Below the pieces are notes generated by a model, which worked only from the letters and a program-made list of their open reading frames with translations, was not told where the DNA came from and made no database searches. The position numbers were made by a program, and so were the translations under genes. Shown here in pieces: positions 8,234-16,394 of a stretch of DNA of 35,451 nt (position 1 is its first letter; each line of letters opens with the position of its first letter). Origin of the DNA: a virus (lineage: Duplodnaviria; Caudoviricetes); IMG/VR virus record IMGVR_UViG_3300035006_000009, positions 1-35,451 of that record. The stretch is one strand, 5' to 3'.

Positions 8234-9334
8234 ATGGCTGCCCTTCCCACGCCCGTATGTCCCACCGTCACCGCCATCTACGCCGTCTATGAGGCGGCAG
8301 CGGACAACGGCTATCGCGCACATCTGGGCGCCTCGTTGATTGGCACCGAATGCGAGCGCGCCATCTGGTATCCTTTCCGCTGGGCCACGCGCGCCCGGCA
8401 TGCTGGCCGGCTGCTGCGGCTGTTCGACACTGGCAATCTGGCCGAGGCCCGCTTCGTCGCGGACCTGCGCCGCATCGGTGTCACCGTCCTGGACCTGGAT
8501 CCCGCATCGGGGCGCCAGTGGAACCTGCGCGATGCCTCCGGCCACTTCGGCGGCAGCATGGACGCAGTGGCGATCGGCCTACCCGAGGCGCCGGCGACCT
8601 GGCACGTCTGCGAGTTCAAGACCCACAGCGCCAAGTCCTTCGCCAAGCTGAGGGCCGAGGGCGTCGCCGCGTCGAAGCCGCTGCACTGGGCGCAGATGCA
8701 AGCCTACATGCATCTCGCTGGCCTTGATCGGGCCTTCTACCTGGCGGTCTGCAAGGACACGGACGAGCTCTACCAGGAGCGCATCCGGCACGATGCCGAG
8801 GCCGGGCTGCTCATCCTGGCCAAGGCCGAACGCATCATCGGCGCCGCGCGGCCGCCGGCCCGCATCAGCCAGGATCCCGCCTGGTGGCAGTGCCGCTTCT
8901 GCGACCACCACGCCGTATGTCATGCCGGCGCGGCACCGGAGCGGCATTGCCGGTCCTGCCTGCACGCCTCGCCCGCGCAGGGTGGCGACTGGCATTGCGC
9001 GCGCCACCACGCCCCTCTCGGCCGGCGCGACCAGGAGGCAGGCTGCGCGGCGCATCTCTATCTGCCGGATTTCGTGGCCGCCGAGCAGATCGACGCGGGC
9101 GAGGACTGGGTCAGCTATCGGCTGCCGGACGGCACCGAATGGCGTGACGGCGTGCCCGGCGCGGCGCGGCCGGACATCGTCTCGCACCTGCCGTGCCGGA
9201 TCTGTCGCGCCACGATCTATCGGGTCGGGCCCGGCAAGGGGCCGCACATCGCCGAGCTGATCTGCACCGGCTGCGAGACGGGCGGGCGCTGGCTCAGCAA
9301 GGTCGACGCCGTGGCGATGGGGGTGGCGGCATGA
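8234..9334 (+). CDS. Cas4/RecB-like phage exonuclease with C-terminal Zn ribbons
   Basis: HLGASLIGTECER, GSMD, CEFKT, QMQAY, CRFC...C; extra CRSC and CRIC...CTGC clusters. Confidence 0.85.
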   Translation: MAALPTPVCPTVTAIYAVYEAAADNGYRAHLGASLIGTECERAIWYPFRWATRARHAGRLLRLFDTGNLAEARFVADLRRIGVTVLDLDPASGRQWNLRDASGHFGGSMDAVAIGLPEAPATWHVCEFKTHSAKSFAKLRAEGVAASKPLHWAQMQAYMHLAGLDRAFYLAVCKDTDELYQERIRHDAEAGLLILAKAERIIGAARPPARISQDPAWWQCRFCDHHAVCHAGAAPERHCRSCLHASPAQGGDWHCARHHAPLGRRDQEAGCAAHLYLPDFVAAEQIDAGEDWVSYRLPDGTEWRDGVPGAARPDIVSHLPCRICRATIYRVGPGKGPHIAELICTGCETGGRWLSKVDAVAMGVAA

Positions 9335-10914
9335 CCCTCTCCCTCCGCCCGTATCAGCGCGCCGCCATCGAGGCGCTCTACGACTATTTTTCGGCCAGCA
9401 GCGGCAATCCGCTGGTCGTGATGCCGACCGGCACGGGCAAGAGCCTGTGCATTGCCGGCTTCACGCGCGAGGCGATCGCCGCCTATGGCGACACCCGCGT
9501 GCTGATCCTCACCCACGTGAAGGAGCTGATCCAGCAGAACTTCATGGCCATGCTGCGCGCCTGGCCGGAGGCGCCGGCCGGCATCTACTCGGCGGGCCTG
9601 TCCCGCCGTGACATCCACGCGCAGATCCTGTTCGCCGGCATCCAGTCCATCCACCGCCATGCGCGGCAGGTGCAGCGTTGCGACCTCGTGCTGATCGATG
9701 AGGCGCACCTGCTCGGCCGTGGCGACAGCGGCATGTACCGCTCATTCCTCGCCCAGCTGAACGAAATCAACGCTGGCCTGCTGAAGGTCGTCGGCTTCAC
9801 AGCCACCCCCTATCGGCTCGACAGCGGCATGCTGCACGAGGGCAAGGATCGGCTCTTCACCGACATCGCCTTCCAGGTGCCGGTGCTGGAGATGATCCAG
9901 CAGGGCTATCTCTGCCCGGTCGTGCCGAAGCAGACCTCGACGCAGCTCGACGTGGGCGGCGTCGGCACCCGCGGCGGCGAGTTCATTGCCAAGGATCTCG
10001 AGGCGGCGGTGGACCGCGACGAGGTGACCCGCGCCGCCGTGGCCGAGATCGTTCAGCACGGCGAAGGCCGCGGCTCCTGGCTGGTGTTCTGCTCGGGCGT
10101 CGCTCACGCCCGCCATGTCCGAGACGCCATCCGCGAGCATGGCATCTCCGCCGAGACGGTCACCGGCGACACGCCGGGGCCGGAGCGGGACGGCATCCTG
10201 GCGGCGTTCAAGGCAGGGCGGCTGCGGTGCGTCACCAACGCCAATGTCCTGACCACCGGCTTCGACGCGCCGGGCACCGACCTCATTGCGCTCCTGCGCC
10301 CCACCAAGAGCGTTGGCCTCTATGTGCAGATGGTCGGCCGCGGCACGCGCCTCGCCGAAGGCAAGGACAACTGCCTGGTGCTCGACTTCGCCGGCAACAC
10401 GGCGCGGCACGGTCCGATTGACACGGTGGATGGCCGGAAGAAGGAACCCGCCGGTGATGGCGAGGCGCCGATCAAGGTCTGCCCGGAATGCCAGACCATC
10501 AACCACGCCAGCGCGCGGCACTGCATCGAGTGTGACCACGAGTTCCCGCCGCCAGTGGTGAAGGTGGCGCCGCAGGCAGCGTCGAACGCGCTGCTCTCCA
10601 CGCAGATCCAGGCGGCCTGGTGCGATGTCACCAGCATCACCTACGCGCGCCACGAGAAGCCCGGGAAGCCCGCCTCACTGCGCGTCACCTACGAATGCGG
10701 CCTCGCGCGGCACAGCGAATGGGTCTGCTTCGAGCACACCGGCTTTCCGCGCGACAAGGCGGTGGGTTGGTGGCGTCGGCGTGCCGGCAATCTCCCGCCA
10801 CCTGCGACCGTGGATGCGGCGCTGGAACAGCTGGACCAGCTGCGTCGTCCCATCGCGATCCAGGTGCGGCCGGCCGGCCAGTACACCGAGATCGCCGCCG
10901 CGAGGTTCGTGTGA
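9331..10914 (+). CDS. SF2 DEAH helicase (RadD/YejH-like) with Zn ribbon
   Basis: LRPYQ, PTGTGKS, DEAH, TAT, TTGFD, QMVGRGTR, CPEC...CIEC. Confidence 0.95.
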   Translation: MTLSLRPYQRAAIEALYDYFSASSGNPLVVMPTGTGKSLCIAGFTREAIAAYGDTRVLILTHVKELIQQNFMAMLRAWPEAPAGIYSAGLSRRDIHAQILFAGIQSIHRHARQVQRCDLVLIDEAHLLGRGDSGMYRSFLAQLNEINAGLLKVVGFTATPYRLDSGMLHEGKDRLFTDIAFQVPVLEMIQQGYLCPVVPKQTSTQLDVGGVGTRGGEFIAKDLEAAVDRDEVTRAAVAEIVQHGEGRGSWLVFCSGVAHARHVRDAIREHGISAETVTGDTPGPERDGILAAFKAGRLRCVTNANVLTTGFDAPGTDLIALLRPTKSVGLYVQMVGRGTRLAEGKDNCLVLDFAGNTARHGPIDTVDGRKKEPAGDGEAPIKVCPECQTINHASARHCIECDHEFPPPVVKVAPQAASNALLSTQIQAAWCDVTSITYARHEKPGKPASLRVTYECGLARHSEWVCFEHTGFPRDKAVGWWRRRAGNLPPPATVDAALEQLDQLRRPIAIQVRPAGQYTEIAAARFV

Positions 10915-11264
10915 GATGCGCCGCATGTCGCCTCCGCACCGCCCGCGGCTTTGGCTGGTTCGATCCGCGCGTGCGGACCAGCGAGCCGCTGCCGGCCTGT
11001 TCCATGCGCGGCATGAACGCGCTCTGCCGGAGGTGGGGCGTGGTTGATCCCGACGAGCACGAAGTCGCCGCCATCGCGGCGGCCAGCCCCACGGCGGGCG
11101 AATGCCTGGAGAGCATCGGGAAGACCGATCTCGCGGTCCTGACCGAGGCCGAGTGGCTGACGCTGCTGGAGGTGATCATCACCGCCTACCAGGATGAGCT
11201 TGCTCGCCTGCTGGATCGGGGCCGGCACCCGGCGCCGCCGCTCGCGGTGGGTGGCCGCTCATGA
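10911..11264 (+). CDS. DUF6511-like protein
   Basis: GTGA overlap with helicase stop; CAAC...CSM, then GKTDLAVLTEAEWLTLLEVII. Confidence 0.7.
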   Translation: MRCAACRLRTARGFGWFDPRVRTSEPLPACSMRGMNALCRRWGVVDPDEHEVAAIAAASPTAGECLESIGKTDLAVLTEAEWLTLLEVIITAYQDELARLLDRGRHPAPPLAVGGRS

Positions 11265-11884
11265 GCGGCGTCACCTCCGCCCGAGAGGTCGCGCGCCGGA
11301 TCGGTCTCTCGCACACAGCCATCCAGAACGCCGAACGCGCTGGACGAATCGCACGGGAAGATGACGGCACCTGGGACGTCGAGAACGTCCAGCGAGGTCT
11401 GTCGGGAAAGCCTGCGCGCGAGCGTCGCGCTAAAACTGATATCGCGCCAGATCAGACCAGCGCCGCAGATGATGCCCCCCGCCCGGTCGGTGGAAGCGGC
11501 ATCGCCTCGACGCGCGAGCTTGCCCGACGCCTTGGCTGTTCCCACACCTCGCTGCAGAAGGCAGAGCGATCCGGCCGCATCGCGCGGGAACCGAATGGCC
11601 GCTGGGATTCGGAGAAGGTACGCGCGGGCCTCAAGACGCGGGCTGACCCCACGCAGCGTGCGCCACACGGTTCGCGGGGACCGTGGGCCAAGCCTGCGCA
11701 ATACTTCGCCAAGCTCGACACGGACATCATCGGCCCGGTCCGCAACATCCATACGGAGCTTGAGTCTGCGCGCCGCGCGCTCCAGCGCGCTGCCGAGCAG
11801 ATTGCGGCGCTCTATCCCGAGATCCTGCGCCTGGAACGCGCCTGCGACGCAGCCATTGCCGCACAGGAGCGTGGCAGCGAATGA
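11261..11884 (+). CDS. Protein with two tandem TerS-like wHTH domains and a C-terminal coiled coil
   Basis: Two 43-aa repeats, 27/43 and 29/43 identical to the N-terminus of the TerS at 20392; ATGA overlaps on both sides. Confidence 0.85.
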   Translation: MSGVTSAREVARRIGLSHTAIQNAERAGRIAREDDGTWDVENVQRGLSGKPARERRAKTDIAPDQTSAADDAPRPVGGSGIASTRELARRLGCSHTSLQKAERSGRIAREPNGRWDSEKVRAGLKTRADPTQRAPHGSRGPWAKPAQYFAKLDTDIIGPVRNIHTELESARRALQRAAEQIAALYPEILRLERACDAAIAAQERGSE

Positions 11885-14202
11885 CGGATGCTCCCTCCTT
11901 CATGGCCGACTACGGCGAACGCCTGGTCGACAACGGCTACTCGGTCATCCCCATCATGTCGGGCACGAAGGTGCCGGGGCGGTTCACCGGTGGGGAATGG
12001 TCGCCCTATCCGGACTGGACCCGGCACTGCGACCGGCCGACGAAGCCCTTCGAGGTGGACATCTGGCGCCGCTGGCCAGGCTGCGGCGTGGGCATCGCCA
12101 CCGGCGCCGTGGTGGGCATCGACATCGATATCCTGGACGGCGCGTTGGCCATCCAGATCGCCGAGCTCGCCACGTCGATGCTGGGCGATACACCCTGCCT
12201 GCGCATCGGCCGCGCCCCAAAGCGGCTGCTCGTCTATCGCGCCGCCACGCCATTCGCCGGCCGGAAGCGCCATCCCCTCGAGCTGCTGTCGCGCGGCCAG
12301 CAGTTCGTCGCCTATGCTGTCCACCCCGATACCGGCCGCCCCTATGAGTGGCCGGAGGACAGCCTGGTGGAGACGCCGCTCTCGCGCCTCCCGGTGGTCG
12401 ACGAAGCGGGATGTGCGGCATTCCTGGACGCCGCCTGGCGGCTCGTGCCCGACGAGGTGCGGGTGAACTCGATTCTCGCGGACGCGCCGACCAGCGCCTG
12501 GCGCGGCCCAAGCGACCCGAAGGGCACGCGGGACGCCATCGCCGCGGCCTTAGCTTGGCTGCCGAACGACGACCTGCCGGGCAATGAATGGATCACGGTC
12601 GGCGCGGCCATCAAGGCCGCGATCGGCGAGGAGGGGCGCGACCTCTGGCTCGACTGGTCGCGGCGGTCCGGGAAATCGGGCCAATCGGGTCGATCCGACA
12701 CCCCCGAGCGGCGCTGGGCCTCGCTCCGGCCGCACAGCGTCGGCGCTGGGAAGATCTACTGGCTCGCCGAGCAGCGCGGCTGGGTGCCGGATCCCGCCCT
12801 GACGCTGAACGGCACGGCGGCCGAACAGGCGAGCCAGCCGCATCCGGCCGCGGGGCTGTTGGCGAAGGTCGCGGTTGCACCGCTGCCGATCGCGCCGCCG
12901 CCGAAGCCCTATCGCGTGCCGCCCGAGCTGCTGCAGGTGGATGGCACGCTGAAGCTGTTCCTGGATTACGCCACGGGCAGCGCCGTCAGTCCGCAGCCGT
13001 TCCTCTCGTTGGGTGCCGCGATCTGCCTGGTCGGCGCCATCGCCGGCCGCCGGTATCGCACGCCGACCGACCTGCGCAGCAACCTCTATGCGATCGGCAT
13101 CGCCGACAGTGGCGGCGGCAAGGACCATGCGCGGCGCTGCGCAAAACGCGCCATTTATGCTGCTGGCCTCGACCGATACCTCGGCGGCGAGGATCTGGCC
13201 TCCTCGGCCGGCTTGCTCACCTCCTTGCAGCGCCATCCCGCCCGCCTGTTCCAGGTCGATGAATTCGGCCAGTTCCTGAAGCTGGTCCTGAATGCGCGCG
13301 CCCCAGCCCATAAGGCGGCCATCTGGTCGGAGCTGACAAAGCTCTACACCTCGGCCGCCGAGCCCTACATTGGCGCGGAGTACGCCGACCAGAAAGCGCG
13401 GCCGCGCGTCACCATCGAGCAGCCCTGCGCCTGCATCTGGGGCGTCACGGTGCCAGGGCCGTTCTGGTCGGCGCTGGAGGGTGGCGCCCTAGCGGACGGG
13501 TCGATTGCGCGCTTCTTGGTGTTCCTCACGGACGACGACTACCCGGAGCGCAATGAGACCCCGGCGCCAATGGACCCACCGCCAGACCTCGTGGCGGCCC
13601 TGCAGGGGATCGCGCGTGGTGTGCCAGGCCACAGCCATGGCGGGAACATCGCCGACGCCATGGAATCCTCGGCGCCCATCCACGCCTACACGGTGCCGAT
13701 GACACGCGACGCTGAGACCGCAATGGCACGCGTGCGCCGTGAGGCCACCGACCTGTTGCGCTCACACCGCGGCACCCACGCCACCGCTCTGTTCGGCCGA
13801 TACGCCGAGAACACCGCCAAGCTGGCGATGATCGCCGCAGTCAGTCGTGATCCCGGCCGGCCCATCACCGAGGTGCATGACGTCACCTGGGCATCGGCGC
13901 TGGTCGAGCACTGCATCGGCACGCTGCTCCGCGAAGCCGAGCGTCTCGTCTCGGACAACGACACCGAGGCAAATCACAAACGCGTCCTGGAGATCATCCG
14001 GGCCGCTGGCGAGATTAGCCGGAACGCACTGGTCCGCAAGACCCAGTTCCTGTCGAAGCGGGAGCGCGAGGAAATCTTCGACGCGCTGGTCGAGGGTGAA
14101 CTGGTCGCGCGTAGCGTGAAGCAGACCGGCACCAGACCGACGATGCTGTTCACGGCGTGCGGAACGCCTGAGGCGGCTGATGGCAAGGAGGCATCGCCTT
14201 GA
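11881..14202 (+). CDS. Bifunctional primase-polymerase with PriCT-2 and DUF3987-like helicase domain
   Basis: GYSVIPI, VGIDID (DxD), WITVGAAIK...WLDWS (PriCT-2), ADSGGGKD, QVDEFG, DGSIARFL. Confidence 0.92.
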   Translation: MTDAPSFMADYGERLVDNGYSVIPIMSGTKVPGRFTGGEWSPYPDWTRHCDRPTKPFEVDIWRRWPGCGVGIATGAVVGIDIDILDGALAIQIAELATSMLGDTPCLRIGRAPKRLLVYRAATPFAGRKRHPLELLSRGQQFVAYAVHPDTGRPYEWPEDSLVETPLSRLPVVDEAGCAAFLDAAWRLVPDEVRVNSILADAPTSAWRGPSDPKGTRDAIAAALAWLPNDDLPGNEWITVGAAIKAAIGEEGRDLWLDWSRRSGKSGQSGRSDTPERRWASLRPHSVGAGKIYWLAEQRGWVPDPALTLNGTAAEQASQPHPAAGLLAKVAVAPLPIAPPPKPYRVPPELLQVDGTLKLFLDYATGSAVSPQPFLSLGAAICLVGAIAGRRYRTPTDLRSNLYAIGIADSGGGKDHARRCAKRAIYAAGLDRYLGGEDLASSAGLLTSLQRHPARLFQVDEFGQFLKLVLNARAPAHKAAIWSELTKLYTSAAEPYIGAEYADQKARPRVTIEQPCACIWGVTVPGPFWSALEGGALADGSIARFLVFLTDDDYPERNETPAPMDPPPDLVAALQGIARGVPGHSHGGNIADAMESSAPIHAYTVPMTRDAETAMARVRREATDLLRSHRGTHATALFGRYAENTAKLAMIAAVSRDPGRPITEVHDVTWASALVEHCIGTLLREAERLVSDNDTEANHKRVLEIIRAAGEISRNALVRKTQFLSKREREEIFDALVEGELVARSVKQTGTRPTMLFTACGTPEAADGKEASP

Positions 14203-14367
14203 CGTATTCGATTCATCAAGCGGCACGATGGCGCCGAAACCTAGGCCAAAGGCGGGTTCCGCGCGCATACGTCAATACGTCAATACGTCACGCGGGCGCA
14301 CACGGGGACATGCAGGTCACGCGTGTTCGGGGAGAGAGACCCCTTGATGAATTGATGTATTGATGAA
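14199..14367. repeat. Eight TTGAYGWA octamers; candidate replication origin
   Basis: 14199 (+), 14212 (-), tandem 14268/14276/14284 (-; last has one mismatch), tandem 14344/14352/14360 (+); directly after primase stop. Confidence 0.7.
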
Positions 14368-14398
14368 TCCCCCAATAGACCCCCCTGGTCACCTGCGC

Positions 14399-14668
14399 AT
14401 GCGCGCGAATGGTGACCGCCTTCCCGTGCAGGGATCGCAGCGGATCACCGGTGGTCCTCAACCGCCGAGGTCCAGCCTCGACCGCGGCACCTGCAGCGCC
14501 ACCACCACGCCCGAGATGGAGATGCTGCGCCGCCGTGTCTGGCAGCAGCAGGGCGTCATCTCGCTGCACCTCGAGGACATCACCGATCCCTGGCTGCGCC
14601 AGGCGATCCAGAACGAAGCCGTGCGCCGCTGGGGACCACGGCAGCAGGAGAAGAATCATGGCCGGTAA
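14399..14668 (+). CDS. Small hypothetical protein (start uncertain)
   Basis: VWQQQGVISLHLEDITDPWLRQAIQNEAVRRWG; overlaps next start and supplies its GGAG. Confidence 0.6.
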   Translation: MRANGDRLPVQGSQRITGGPQPPRSSLDRGTCSATTTPEMEMLRRRVWQQQGVISLHLEDITDPWLRQAIQNEAVRRWGPRQQEKNHGR

Positions 14669-15206
14669 GCGGAAGGCAAAGACCTCCAAACGGGACGAGG
14701 CGCTCGGCCCGTCGAAGTGGCGGCTCCAGCATGGCGGGTTCTCGGAGCCGGTTCGTGAGGCTGATCCGGAGACCGGCGTCCCGGTCCAGTATCGTCGTGC
14801 CGTCGACACGCTCGGGCTTATGCTGGCCAATGGCAGCATCACGCCGCAGATGCACGAGGCCGGGGCGATGTTCCGTGTGACCTTCCGCCTCGCGGCGCTG
14901 GACGGTATGCGCACGACGCAGCTGCTGCGCATCCAGGGTGGCGGAGGCGATCTGCTGAGCGAACGCCAGGCTGCTGCGCGGCGTCGGTTGGCCGCGACCC
15001 TGGACCTATTCGGCGGCGCGGACAGCGCCGGCGGAAGCTGCCTGTGGCACGTACTCGGCCTCGAGTGCTCCCTGCGGGAATGGGCACTGCGGCAGGGGTG
15101 GTCGGGACGTCCGGTCCATCACGTCCAGGCGCAGGGCATCCTGCTCACGGCGCTCGGCGTGCTGGCGGCCCATTACGGCCTGCAGCCGCGGGAGCGTGCC
15201 GCTTGA
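14658..15206 (+). CDS. DUF6456-like protein, probable late-gene regulator (Q position)
   Basis: Last gene of early operon; C-terminal HTH-like LWHVLGLECSLREWA...LGVLAAHYG. Confidence 0.7.
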   Translation: MAGKRKAKTSKRDEALGPSKWRLQHGGFSEPVREADPETGVPVQYRRAVDTLGLMLANGSITPQMHEAGAMFRVTFRLAALDGMRTTQLLRIQGGGGDLLSERQAAARRRLAATLDLFGGADSAGGSCLWHVLGLECSLREWALRQGWSGRPVHHVQAQGILLTALGVLAAHYGLQPRERAA

Positions 15207-15209
15207 GCC

Positions 15210-15713
15210 TCAGCCCAGAGCGGCCTTCAGGTCCGCCATCGTGGCCATCAGCGTCATCGGGTCGATCGGTGACGGCACGAAGCCACACGCCTGGTAAAAG
15301 CGCTGGGCGTCGGCGTTCAGGGCCTGCACCAACACGCCGCGCACCGCCAGCACCTCGCTGGCCTGCAGCACGCGCAAGACCGCGTCCCGCAGCAGGGCCC
15401 GGCCGATGCCCTGGCCGTGCAGGCTGCGGTCCACCGCCAGTCGGCCTAGCATCGCCATGGGGATCGGGTCGGGCATGTTGCGCTTCACACGCCCTGAAGC
15501 GGCGATCACGGCCACCGCCCCAGCCGCCAGGCAGTAGAACCCCACCACGAAGCCGGCGCGGCACACCACGAAGGTCCTTGACGCGCCGGCCGCCTGATTC
15601 GCCCGCGCACGCCGCCGTAGCCACTCATCGAGCGTGGCCTCGCCGCTGTCGAACATCGCCAGGTCGTGCTTGTCTTCGAGCGGCGCCGGCGCGCTGAGCC
15701 GGTCGGCACTCAC
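15210..15713 (-). CDS. GNAT acetyltransferase toxin (TacT/AtaT-like)
   Basis: GTG start overlapping antitoxin stop; FDSGEATLDEWL, LGRLAVD, GQGIG acetyl-CoA loop, FYQACGF. Confidence 0.92.
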   Translation of the reverse strand: MSADRLSAPAPLEDKHDLAMFDSGEATLDEWLRRRARANQAAGASRTFVVCRAGFVVGFYCLAAGAVAVIAASGRVKRNMPDPIPMAMLGRLAVDRSLHGQGIGRALLRDAVLRVLQASEVLAVRGVLVQALNADAQRFYQACGFVPSPIDPMTLMATMADLKAALG

Positions 15714-16033
15714 TCCCACGGTGGCGCGGTCTCCAGCAGCTTGCGAAGCCGGCCGTTCGGGTTGGGCGGCGCGTCGAGCAGCGCCTGGAACTTTGCATAC
15801 GCAGCCGGCTGGGTGCGGAACAGCGTGCGGTCGAGAATGGCGTCGGTCGCAGCGCGGCGCGCAGCCTCCAACATGAACTCGGAGCGCGACTTCCCCGAGA
15901 GCACGGCGGCCTGGTCGATCAGAGCACGCTCCTCGGGCCGGACGCGGATATTGATCGCGCCGACGGTGATGGCGGGCTGGGCCTTTGCGGGGCGTCGGGT
16001 TGGGGTGGTGATGCGCTTGGCGGGTGTGGGCAT
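15710..16033 (-). CDS. DUF1778 RHH antitoxin (TacA/AtaR-like)
   Basis: INIRV...LIDQAA...SRSEFMLEAA...PPNPNGRLRKLL. Confidence 0.92.
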   Translation of the reverse strand: MPTPAKRITTPTRRPAKAQPAITVGAINIRVRPEERALIDQAAVLSGKSRSEFMLEAARRAATDAILDRTLFRTQPAAYAKFQALLDAPPNPNGRLRKLLETAPPWE

Positions 16034-16066
16034 GGTGGCCTCCGGGGCTGGTTCTACGACTCTGTA

Positions 16067-16079
16067 TGGACATTGTCCA
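16067..16079. promoter_or_regulatory. Palindromic operator upstream of the GNAT TA operon
   Basis: TGGACA-t-TGTCCA about 34 bp upstream of the antitoxin ATG. Confidence 0.6.
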
Positions 16080-16224
16080 CCACGCAGTCATCGCGCCGCT
16101 GAAAGCGGATTGCGGCACCGGAACCAGAAGAGATAGTGTCTCGATAGTCGTTGAATTGCGACCGCAGCCGAGTGGCTTCCGAGCCACCGGCCCGCTGATC
16201 AGCCACAGTGGCTCTCGAGCCGAT

Positions 16225-16384
16225 GGTTCCTTCCTGGCCCCGCTGTATGCGGGGGGCGGAAGCGCGCGACGTCTTTAGCGCCAGGCCGAAAATATGGGTT
16301 GCGGTTTGCAGCCTTCGCCCGCGGCTTCAAATCGTTAGCTGCAAACCGACGCTGGGCCGCTGCCCTGCAAACCACCTGCAAACC
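16225..16384 (+). other. Candidate cos packaging site (cosQ/cosN/cosB-like)
   Basis: GGTTCCT...TGCG GGGGGCGGAAGC GCG resembles lambda GGGTCCT...TACG GGGCGGCGACCT CGCG; four CTGCAAACC copies follow. Confidence 0.6.
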
Positions 16385-16394
16385 GGATGGCCAG

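Noticed and set aside
8234-9334. Cas4-like gene as evidence of CRISPR-Cas
   Set aside because: No cas1/cas2 and no repeat-spacer array; context is a phage recombination module.
14268-14367. Short tandem repeats as a CRISPR array or microsatellite
   Set aside because: Units are 8 bp with no spacers and are arranged symmetrically, which fits protein-binding sites better.
15714-16187. 325-aa version of the GNAT ORF, and similar long N-terminal extensions of other ORFs (1745, 9193, 19036, 30604, 34433 entries)
   Set aside because: Extensions overlap neighbouring genes; internal starts with ribosome sites or stop/start overlaps fit better.
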